Below are positions 9,122 through 16,723 of a stretch of 64,000 nucleotides of DNA, piece after piece (the first letter of the stretch is position 1; the number at the start of each line of letters is the position of its first letter). A program made the translations under genes and the position numbers. The notes below the pieces were generated by a model that had not been told where the DNA came from, made no database searches, and saw only the letters and a program-made list of their open reading frames with translations. Source of the stretch: an uncultured Acetobacteraceae bacterium (lineage in GTDB: Bacteria; Pseudomonadota; Alphaproteobacteria; Acetobacterales; Acetobacteraceae); contig CAZMCV010000001.1 in NCBI GenBank assembly GCA_964564645.1, positions 14,066-78,065 on the forward strand. The letters are read 5' to 3'.

Positions 9122-9378
9122 GCGTCGCCCTGCGGGGTGAGGCCGAAGGCGGCTGCGAGGTCGTCCGGCAGCGGCGCGTCGAAATCGGCGCCGACATGGA
9201 CCCGCCCAGCCAGGAAGCCGAGTTCGCGCGGCGCGGTGCGCCGGGCCAGCGGCACGAGGCGGGCGAGCGGACGGCCGCCCTTGGCGATGACGATCTCCTC
9301 GCCGGCGGCGGCGCGCTCCACGAGCCGGGAGAGCTGGGTCTTGGCGTCGTAGAGGTTGACCTGGGTCACGCGCGGCAT
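9118..9378 (-). CDS. vapB: Phd/YefM-type antitoxin (VapB)
   Basis: MPRVTQVNLYDAKTQLSRLVERAAAGEEIVIAKGGRPLARLVP is typical of the prevent-host-death family. Confidence 0.9.
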   Translation of the reverse strand: MPRVTQVNLYDAKTQLSRLVERAAAGEEIVIAKGGRPLARLVPLARRTAPRELGFLAGRVHVGADFDAPLPDDLAAAFGLTPQGDA

Positions 9379-9531
9379 CCTGACCAGGGTTGGTCTGTTG
9401 GGGGACGTAGCGGCCTTGGTCAGATTTGGTCAAGCGCCTCTTGGTTCCTGGCCGCACATCCGGAACTCCGCCCTTCGTCCGTGCCGTCACGGCCGAATCC
9501 CGCGGGTTTCCGCGATTGGGGCAGGCTTCTC

Positions 9532-9566
9532 CTCACCCGCGGTAAGCGGGACTTATCGCGGGTGAT
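9532..9566. promoter_or_regulatory. Imperfect inverted repeat with 15-bp arms and a 5-bp centre (candidate recombinase core site or VapB operator)
   Basis: CTCACCCGCGGTAAG-cggga-CTTATCGCGGGTGAT, with arms matching at 13/15. It lies about 155-190 nt upstream of vapB in the divergent intergenic region. Confidence 0.3.
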
Positions 9567-9652
9567 AGGGAGCGAGGCGGGTACGGCCAGACGTCTACCC
9601 GAACGTAAGTGGCTATGTGACCTTTGGCGCGCTGAGCGGAGGAGGAGCGGCA

Positions 9653-10711
9653 ATGGCTCATCGGCACGTACTTGCTCTGGCGCTGGCCCTTCTCACGGTC
9701 GGCACGGCCGCGACGTCGGCGCTGGCCCAGATCGTCACCTTCCGTGGCACCTGCGACGGCTCCGGCGCGGTGCCGCTGCCCGGCGGACGGTTTGCGAGCG
9801 TGGACGACGAGAAGAACCCGCGCGTGCGGGTCTACGACGTGGCCGGCGGCAAGCCCTCGGCGCGGATCTCCGTCCCCGGCGTCAGCGACGCGGATGTCGA
9901 GCCCGACCTGGAGGCCGGTGCCATCGCGGGGACACGGAGCCTGTGGATCGGCTCCCATGGCCGGAACAGCAAGGGAGAGGTCCGCCCGGAGCGGCGCGTC
10001 CTCTTCTCGGTACCCGTCGACGCGATCGAGGGTGGATCGGTCGGACCCGTCTCCGTCGCACGAGTGACGACCCTGCTCGACGACCTCCGGCGATGGACCC
10101 GCGACGGCGGTCCCGTCCTGCAAGGGTTCATCGGGCCAGACGACCGACCTGACGAAGACCTGAGCCCGGAGAGGCACGGTCTCAACATCGAGGCCATGGC
10201 GTTCGACCCGCGCCGCGGCGCGCTCCTGATCGGATTCCGCAACCCCGTCCCGGACGGCGAAGCGCTGATCGCCCCGGTGCGGAACCACGAGGCCCTGCTC
10301 TCGGGCGCCGCCGCGTCCGCCGACATCGGTGACCAGATCCGCCTGGGGCTCGGGGGGCGGGGCCTGCGCGACATTGCTTGGTCCGAGCGCCTCGGGGAGA
10401 TGCTCCTGCTCGCCGGGCCCAAGGGGGACGACGGGACCTTCGCGCTCTACCGCTGGGCCTCGGGCGACCCCGAGCCTGTGCCCTGGCGCGTGGCGCTGCC
10501 CGAGGGCTTCCACCCCGAGGCGGTCGTCCCGCTGCCCGGCACGGACGACGTCCTGATCCTGAGCGACGACGGCGACCATGTGTCGTCGCGGAACGAGGAC
10601 GATTGCAAGAAGGACGAGTTCGTCGAAGGCGGCTGCACCTGCAAGAACATCAGGAACAGCCGCGGGGAGGACCTGCGGACCTTCAGGGGCGTCCGCCTCT
10701 CGGTGCGGTAG
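9653..10711 (+). CDS. Secreted protein, DUF3616-like
   Basis: RBS AGGAGGAG lies 6 nt before ATG 9653. Signal peptide MAHRHVLALALALLTVGTAATSALAQ. Motifs: DDEKNPRVRVYD, DLEAGA, GSHGRNSKGE, GLNIEAMAF. Cys-rich tail CKKDEFVEGGCTCK. The family name is from memory. Confidence 0.7.
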   Translation: MAHRHVLALALALLTVGTAATSALAQIVTFRGTCDGSGAVPLPGGRFASVDDEKNPRVRVYDVAGGKPSARISVPGVSDADVEPDLEAGAIAGTRSLWIGSHGRNSKGEVRPERRVLFSVPVDAIEGGSVGPVSVARVTTLLDDLRRWTRDGGPVLQGFIGPDDRPDEDLSPERHGLNIEAMAFDPRRGALLIGFRNPVPDGEALIAPVRNHEALLSGAAASADIGDQIRLGLGGRGLRDIAWSERLGEMLLLAGPKGDDGTFALYRWASGDPEPVPWRVALPEGFHPEAVVPLPGTDDVLILSDDGDHVSSRNEDDCKKDEFVEGGCTCKNIRNSRGEDLRTFRGVRLSVR

Positions 10712-10892
10712 GGCTCCGGTGTGCGGCGGTGGTGTCCCGGGAAGCCCGCCATCGCCCGCCCCTCTGCACGGGAGGCGCTCGCGGCCGCCGACGCCGTCGC
10801 CCAGCAGGCTGGGCTGCCGCCCGCCTCCCTCTTGCCGCGCCCCCTCCCCTGCCCCGGCCGCCCCTTCCCCGGCGCCGCCCGAGGAGGAGCTC

Positions 10893-11069
10893 GTGCAGGT
10901 GAACATCCGCGTCCGGCGCGCGCTCGGCGATCAGCTCGCCGACCGCACACGCGCAGAGGGCACGACTCAGACGGTGCTGGTGTGCCGGGCGCTCGCAGCC
11001 GCGGGCTTCGACGTGCACCCGGAGGATCTCCGGTCGACGCCCACCCCGCGGCGTCGTGGCAGCCGCTAG
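10893..11069 (+). CDS. Small ribbon-helix-helix-like protein (possible replication or copy-number regulator)
   Basis: GTG at 10893 or 10899 follows GAGGAGGAG. Reads VQVNIRVRRALGDQLADRTRAEGTTQTVLVCRALAAAGFDV, a strand-helix-helix pattern. GC3 is high. It is the C-terminal part of track ORF 10578..11069. Confidence 0.4.
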   Translation: MQVNIRVRRALGDQLADRTRAEGTTQTVLVCRALAAAGFDVHPEDLRSTPTPRRRGSR

Positions 11070-11173
11070 CAACTGCGATGAGGGCGTCGATAGAGTACGA
11101 ATCGTATTGCCCCCCTCCTCTCCCCTGCCCCGCCTGCCACGCTCCACGGATGTGGTCGTCCAGGGCGTCCGGG

Positions 11174-11404
11174 ATTCGTACCCTGGTGACGCCCCGGCGC
11201 GGACCGATCCCGCTCAACTTATCCACAGCCAGTTCGTACCCTGGTGACGCCAGTTCGTACCCGACCGACGAAATCCGAGTCGTCCCCCGTACCCTGCTGA
11301 CGCATCCAAATAGGAATCCAATTAGCTTGCTTAGGGTCGTCAGCAGGGTACGGACCGCGGTAGGGGAAAAGCCGGCCAGCATGAACCCGTCGGCAGGGTA
11401 CGAA
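11174..11404. repeat. Iteron array / putative oriV
   Basis: The 19-mer TTCGTACCCTGGTGACGCC occurs identically at 11175 and 11233. There is a partial copy at 11254 and a one-mismatch copy, CGTACCCTGCTGACGC, at 11288. Inverted copies lie at 11338 (CGTCAGCAGGGTACGG) and 11391 (CGGCAGGGTACGAA). An AT-rich spacer at about 11305-11335 sits between the palindromic pair. Confidence 0.6.
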
Positions 11405-11441
11405 TTGCGCGGCCGGCCTCAGATGTGCAGCTTGCTTCGGC

Positions 11442-12476
11442 ATGCCTGACTCCACCGACACCGCTGCGTGGCCCCTCTCCGTAGGCGTCGAGGAGGCTCT
11501 TGAAGGGAGCCTGCGCGGCCGGCTTGAGACGCTCGGCATCCAGCAGGCGCGGAATCTAGCCCCGACGGCCATCGACCGGCGCTGCGTCGAGGCCATCCAC
11601 ATGGTCCTCACCGACGAGGACGGCACACCGAACTTCGTGCATGCCGGCTTCGCCATGACCGCCCTCCCCCACAAGCGGATCGAGGCGAACGAATGGGTTC
11701 GGGACGGGGCCGACATCCGGCTCCGGATCGAGAGCGGCAAGACCCACGACGGGACCGCCGTCGGGGTGCCCTTCGGCTACGTGGCCCGGCTGATCCTTCT
11801 CTACCTGCAGACCGAGGCCATCAAGACCCGCTCGCGCGAGGTCGAGCTCGGGCGGTCCATGCACAGCTGGCTCAAGGCGATGGGCCTGAACAGTGGCGGC
11901 AAGGGCTACGAGGCCGTCCGCGAGCAGAGCCTGCGTCTCAGCCTCTGCCGGCTGACGTTCTACCGCATCGGCGAGGGCGGCGAGGCCGTCATGAACGGGG
12001 GCTTCGTCCGGGAGGCGATCCTGCCCGGCCGCAGCACCGACGGCGCGCAGCTCTCCCTGTGGCGCGAGACGGTCGTGCTCGACGAGGTCTTCTACGAGAG
12101 CCTCATTCGGCACCCCCTGCCCGTCCGCGAGGCTGCGATCCGGGCCCTGTCGGGGCGCAGCATGGCGATCGACCTCTACATCTGGCTCGCCTACCGCCTC
12201 CACCACCTGGCGAAGCCGACCCGCGTCCCGTGGCCGGCGCTCTACAGGCAGTTCGGCGCCGGATTTGCGCTCCAGCGCCAGTTCAAGGCGCACGCCCGGG
12301 AAGCACTCGCCCTCGCCCTCTCCGCCTACCCCGAGGCGCAGGTGCATGTGGATGACGAGGCCATCACCCTCATGCCCTCCCCTGCCCCGATCCCCGAGCG
12401 CGTCCGGGCGCCCGCCTCCAGCGCTACGCCAAAGCGTCTACTGCATAGACGGTACAGGCAGGTGCTTCGGGATTAG
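11442..12476 (+). CDS. repA: Plasmid replication initiator, RepA family
   Basis: ..GVPFGYVARLILLYLQTEAIKTRSREVELGRSMHSWLKAMGL..LRLSLCRLTF..SMAIDLYIWLAYRLH resembles the plasmid-encoded RepA family. It lies directly downstream of the iterons. Confidence 0.8.
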   Translation: MPDSTDTAAWPLSVGVEEALEGSLRGRLETLGIQQARNLAPTAIDRRCVEAIHMVLTDEDGTPNFVHAGFAMTALPHKRIEANEWVRDGADIRLRIESGKTHDGTAVGVPFGYVARLILLYLQTEAIKTRSREVELGRSMHSWLKAMGLNSGGKGYEAVREQSLRLSLCRLTFYRIGEGGEAVMNGGFVREAILPGRSTDGAQLSLWRETVVLDEVFYESLIRHPLPVREAAIRALSGRSMAIDLYIWLAYRLHHLAKPTRVPWPALYRQFGAGFALQRQFKAHAREALALALSAYPEAQVHVDDEAITLMPSPAPIPERVRAPASSATPKRLLHRRYRQVLRD

Positions 12477-12620
12477 CCGCTCGGCTTAATAAGAGAATCA
12501 GCCTGGCCAGGGCGCCATGCGGGCGCGGAACCTCGGAGGGGACCTGGCGACAAGGCCCCGATGGTCGAGGGGAAGGGGGCGAGGGCAGGAGGCTACCTGC
12601 CTCCCTGGGCAGACGTACGG

Positions 12621-12800
12621 TCAGCCCGCCAGGAGGATCACGGCGCCACCGATGACCGCCCAGGCCATCAGCGACAGGACAAGGATCAACAGGCCGGCCG
12701 TGGGCCATGCCATGCGGCGCGCCTCTCCCGGCGCGATCTCGACCTGGTCGGCGGGACTGAGGCCCGTGCCGATCGCTCTCTGGGGATCCGTCAAGTGCAT
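12621..12800 (-). CDS. Candidate 59-aa membrane-anchored small protein (below the track cutoff)
   Basis: RBS CCAGGAGAGGGGAGC precedes ATG 12800. Reads MHLTDPQRAIGTGLSPADQVEIAPGEARRMAWPTAGLLILVLSLMAWAVIGGAVILLAG*, with a single C-terminal TM helix. Confidence 0.35.
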   Translation of the reverse strand: MHLTDPQRAIGTGLSPADQVEIAPGEARRMAWPTAGLLILVLSLMAWAVIGGAVILLAG

Positions 12801-13483
12801 GCTCCCCTCTCCTGGATCAGATTATGGCGATCATCCCTCACGGAAACAATCGAATAGAGATAGGCCCGAGGAAACCTTCAACCTGAGGTGTGTAACACAA
12901 AAATTTGAAGCACCTGCGGGAAAGTCTGACACTGCAGCATCACCCGGATCCGGCAGGATCGACCATCGAGAGGGGCAGGGGAGGCCCCGTGGACCACCGG
13001 AGCGATCCATCATGACGGGATTGTAACAGAAAATCTGCGTGACCTCTCCCGGCAGGCGTGACGCCATGCTCCCCGGACGCCGTGGGGCGGACCCGCCCGC
13101 CCCATAGGCCGCCCCCTTCCCAAAGATCTCGCCGGTCACTTGGTTCCCAATTCGCGGATTGCCAGAGTGAGATCGAGGATCCGGGCGAAGTGAGGCTCTT
13201 TAAAGCAATCATGGATTTATTATTGCGACGATTTCTTGTTGGCCTCGAACCGAAAAACACGCTAAAAGTGCAACTGGTGCCGCGCATCGCGAACAGGACG
13301 CATTCGTGCAGCCGCTCAGATCCTCGCTTCGCGGCCCTTCGGGCCTGTTCCGACGGCCGGCGCGGGTGACGCAGCGCTGGGTCTCGGGGGCGCCATGCCA
13401 CGACACCCAGCCATGCGGGTCATCGGCGGCGCCCCCCGCTTCGGCCGCCGGGGGGTGCTGCGGGCCAGGAGGAGGCCGCTGAC

Positions 13484-15415
13484 ATGTGCGGAATTGCCGG
13501 CATCCTCGCAGGCGCCGCGGCGGCCGAGCCCGACCTCGGGCGCGTGCGGCGCATGGCCGATGCGATCCGCCATCGCGGTCCCGACGGGGAAGGCTTCCAT
13601 ACCGAGCCGGGGATCGCCCTTGGCCATCGCCGGCTGTCCATCGTCGACCTCGGCGGCGGCGCCCAGCCCATGGCCAACGAGGACGGCTCGGTCGTCATCG
13701 TCTTCAACGGCGAGATCTACAACCACGCCGAGCTGCGGCCCGAGCTCGAGGCCGCCGGCCATCGCTTCCGCACCCGCTCGGACACCGAATCCATCCTCCA
13801 TGGCTGGGAGGAATGGGGCCTCGGCTGCCTCGACCGGCTGCGCGGCATGTTCGCCTTCGCGCTCTGGGATCGCCGGCGCGGCCAGCTGTTGCTGGCGCGC
13901 GACCGGCTGGGCGAGAAGCCGCTGGTCTATGCCCGCCTGCCTGATGGCGGCCTCGCCTTCGCCTCCGAGATCGGGGCGCTGCTGACCCTGCCGGAGCTCC
14001 CGCGCCGCATCGACCCGGCCGCCGTCGACGACTTCCTCGCCCTCGGCTACGTGCCCGATCCAGGCAGCATCTGGCGCGACGTGCGCAAGCTGCCGGCCGG
14101 CCATGCCCTGCTGCTCGCGCCGGGCCAGGCCGGGGAGGTGGCGCCGCGGCGCTACTGGGCGCCGCCCATTACGGTCGCGGCGGATCCGGGGCCCGAAGCG
14201 CCCCGCCTGCTCGCGGACCTGCTGCATGTCTCGGTGCGCGACCGGCTGATGGCCGATGTCCCGCTCGGCGCCTTCCTCTCCGGCGGCATCGACTCCGGCA
14301 CGGTTGTCGCTCTTGCCGCCGAGGCCGCCTCCGCCGCCGGGCCGCTGGCCACTTTCACCATCGGCTTTCCCGGCGAGGCCGATGAGCGCCCGGCCGCGGC
14401 GCTGGTCGCGGCGAAGGCCGGCACGCTCCACCACGCCGAGGAGGGGACGGCCGACTACCTCGCCATGGCGCGCGACCAGGCGGGGATCTTCGGTGAGCCC
14501 TTCGGCGACCATTCCGCGGTCCCGACCCTGGCCGTCTGCCGCCTGGCGCGCCGGCACGCGACCGTCGCGCTGTCGGGCGATGGCGGGGACGAGGTGTTCG
14601 CCGGCTACCGGCGCTATCGCTGGCACATGCTGGCTGAGGCGGTGCGCACCCACCTGCCCGCCGGCGTGCGGCGGCACGTGATCGGCACGCTCGCCCGGGC
14701 CTACCCCAAGCTCGACCGCGCGCCGCGCTGGCTGCGCGCCAAGACCACGCTGACCGAGATCAGCCTCGACAGCGCTCTCGGCTACTACCGCACGGTCTGC
14801 AAGCTCCAGGAGGAGCGGCGCCGCGGCCTCCTCTCGCGCGACCTGCGCGCGGCGGTCGCCGGCCATGACCCGGCGGCGCGCATCGCCGCGGCGATGGCCG
14901 AATGCGATCCGGCGGAGCCGCTGCTGCAGGCGCAGTACGCCGACGTGATGACCTACCTGCCCGGCGACATCCTGACCAAGGTGGATCGCACCAGCATGGC
15001 CGTCTCGCTCGAGACACGGCCGCCTCTGCTCGACCACGACCTGGTCGCCTGGGGCATGGCGCTGCCGGCCGGGCGCAAGCTCTCGGGTGGGGTCGGCAAG
15101 CACCTGCTGCGGGAGGCGGCGGCGCGGCTGCTGCCGCCCGAGATTCTCCACCGCGGCAAGCAGGGCTTCGCCGCCTCGATCGGCGGGCAGCTGCGCCGCG
15201 GCGCGGCCGAGGTGCGGGCGCGGCTGCTTGGCGGGCCCATGCTGGACAGCGGGCTGTTCGACGGCATGGCGCTCGGCCGGCTGGTCGCCGAGCACGAGAG
15301 CGGGCGCGTCGACCACACCCAGGCGCTGTGGCAACTGCTGGTGTTCGAGGGCTTCCTGGCGGTGGCGGAGGCCGGTCCGGCGCGGCCCGCGGCGGCACTG
15401 GAGGCGGCGGCGTGA
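13484..15415 (+). CDS. asnB: Asparagine synthase (glutamine-hydrolysing), the amidotransferase type found in exosortase-A EPS loci
   Basis: MCGIAGIL provides the N-terminal nucleophile Cys. PP-loop FLSGGIDSGTVV. RBS AGGAGGAGG lies upstream. Confidence 0.95.
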   Translation: MCGIAGILAGAAAAEPDLGRVRRMADAIRHRGPDGEGFHTEPGIALGHRRLSIVDLGGGAQPMANEDGSVVIVFNGEIYNHAELRPELEAAGHRFRTRSDTESILHGWEEWGLGCLDRLRGMFAFALWDRRRGQLLLARDRLGEKPLVYARLPDGGLAFASEIGALLTLPELPRRIDPAAVDDFLALGYVPDPGSIWRDVRKLPAGHALLLAPGQAGEVAPRRYWAPPITVAADPGPEAPRLLADLLHVSVRDRLMADVPLGAFLSGGIDSGTVVALAAEAASAAGPLATFTIGFPGEADERPAAALVAAKAGTLHHAEEGTADYLAMARDQAGIFGEPFGDHSAVPTLAVCRLARRHATVALSGDGGDEVFAGYRRYRWHMLAEAVRTHLPAGVRRHVIGTLARAYPKLDRAPRWLRAKTTLTEISLDSALGYYRTVCKLQEERRRGLLSRDLRAAVAGHDPAARIAAAMAECDPAEPLLQAQYADVMTYLPGDILTKVDRTSMAVSLETRPPLLDHDLVAWGMALPAGRKLSGGVGKHLLREAAARLLPPEILHRGKQGFAASIGGQLRRGAAEVRARLLGGPMLDSGLFDGMALGRLVAEHESGRVDHTQALWQLLVFEGFLAVAEAGPARPAAALEAAA

Positions 15416-16608
15416 GGATCCTCTACAGCCACCGCATCCTGTCCCGCGACGGGCAGGGCGTGCACCTGGATGCGATGGTCGCGGCGCTGCGCGCGGCGGG
15501 GCATGAGGTGCGGGTGGTCGGCCCGCCGGGCTACGACCAGGCCTCGCTCGGCGGCGGCGGGCGCCTGACCGACCTGCTGCGGCGCTGGCTGCCCGGCTGG
15601 GCGCTGGAACTCGCCGAGTTCGCCTACAGCCTGCCCGGCTATCTCCGGCTGCGCCGCGCCGCGCGGACCTTCCGCCCCGAGGCGATCTACGAGCGCTACA
15701 ACCTGTTCTACGTCTCCGGCGCGCTGCTCGCCCGCCGGCTCGGCTTGCCCTTCCTGGTCGAGGTGAATGCGCCGCTCGCCGCCGAGCGGGCACGCTTCGG
15801 CAAGCTCCGCCTGCATGGCCTGGCGCGCGCCACCGAGCGCTTCGTCTGGCGCGCCGGGCACCGCGTGCTGCCGGTGACGGAGGTGCTGGCCGGCGACGTG
15901 GCCGCGGCCGGCGTGCCGCGTGAGCGGATCGTCGTGGTGCCGAACGGCATCGACCTGGCCGACTTTCCCGAAGGCCTTCGCCCGGCCGTCCCTGATGGCT
16001 TGGCGAAGGCCGAGCTGACGCTCGGCTTCGTCGGCTTCGTGCGCGAATGGCATGGGCTCGACGCCGTGGTGCGGGCGCTGGCCGCCTGGCAGGGCCAGCC
16101 GCGGCTCGCCCTGCAGGTGGTGGGCGAGGGGCCGGCGCGGCCGGGGCTCGAGCGGCTGGCGGCCGAGCTCGGCATCGCCGAGCGGGTGCGCTTCACCGGT
16201 CTCGCCCCGCGCGAGGAGATCCCGCGCCTGGTCGCCGGCTTCGACATCGCCCTGCAGCCGGCCTCCGTGCCCTACGCCTCGCCGCTCAAGGTGTTCGAGT
16301 ACATGGCCGCCGGCTGCGCCGTGGTGGCGCCCGACCAGCCCAATCTGCGCGAGGTGCTGGAGGATGGGCGGACCGCGCTGCTGTTCGACCCGGCCGAGCC
16401 CGGCGCGATGTGGCGCTGCGTGCTGCGCCTGGCCGAGGAGCCGGGGCTGCGCGAGCGGATCGGCCGGGCGGCGCGCCAGGAGATCCTGCGACGCGACCTG
16501 ACCTGGGCCGGCAATGCCCGCCGCGTGGTCGCGCTGGCCGAGGCGGCAATGGCACGGCCGGGCACCGCCGCCGCGGAGGCAGCGCCGCTCGCCGGGCGCG
16601 CCGCGTGA
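15412..16608 (+). CDS. Glycosyltransferase family 4
   Basis: GTG 15412 overlaps the asnB stop (GTGA). Reads VRILYSHRILSRDGQGVHL.. and ..ASPLKVFEYMAAGCAVVAPD (E-x7-E region). Confidence 0.9.
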   Translation: MRILYSHRILSRDGQGVHLDAMVAALRAAGHEVRVVGPPGYDQASLGGGGRLTDLLRRWLPGWALELAEFAYSLPGYLRLRRAARTFRPEAIYERYNLFYVSGALLARRLGLPFLVEVNAPLAAERARFGKLRLHGLARATERFVWRAGHRVLPVTEVLAGDVAAAGVPRERIVVVPNGIDLADFPEGLRPAVPDGLAKAELTLGFVGFVREWHGLDAVVRALAAWQGQPRLALQVVGEGPARPGLERLAAELGIAERVRFTGLAPREEIPRLVAGFDIALQPASVPYASPLKVFEYMAAGCAVVAPDQPNLREVLEDGRTALLFDPAEPGAMWRCVLRLAEEPGLRERIGRAARQEILRRDLTWAGNARRVVALAEAAMARPGTAAAEAAPLAGRAA

Positions 16609-16723
16609 GGCCGCCGCCACACTTCGTCCCGACGCCCCGCCCCGTCCTTCCCCGCCGCCCCCACCTTCCCCCCTTCCTCCCTCGCCGCGCCGATCCTGCG
16701 CCCCAGGCCGGCCGCTGCCCCGG

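Noticed and set aside
7081-9197. Track ORFs of 567 aa (7081..8784) and 490 aa (7725..9197).
   Set aside because: Only their C-terminal parts are genes: the 209-aa ORF from 7710 and the recombinase from 8735. The N-terminal extensions overlap the recombinase or vapC frames and are Arg/Pro-rich.
9380-9652. I looked for a tRNA gene or an att site next to the recombinase operon.
   Set aside because: GGCCGAATCCCGCGGG superficially resembles a T-arm, but no complementary stems or cloverleaf can be drawn. Only the inverted repeat at 9532..9566 was kept.
13260-13300. A sigma-54-type promoter (TGGCAC-N5-TTGC) upstream of asnB, and similar searches at 34187..34527.
   Set aside because: The best candidate, TGGTGCCGCGCATCGC, has the wrong spacing and a poor -12 element. 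No convincing match was found.
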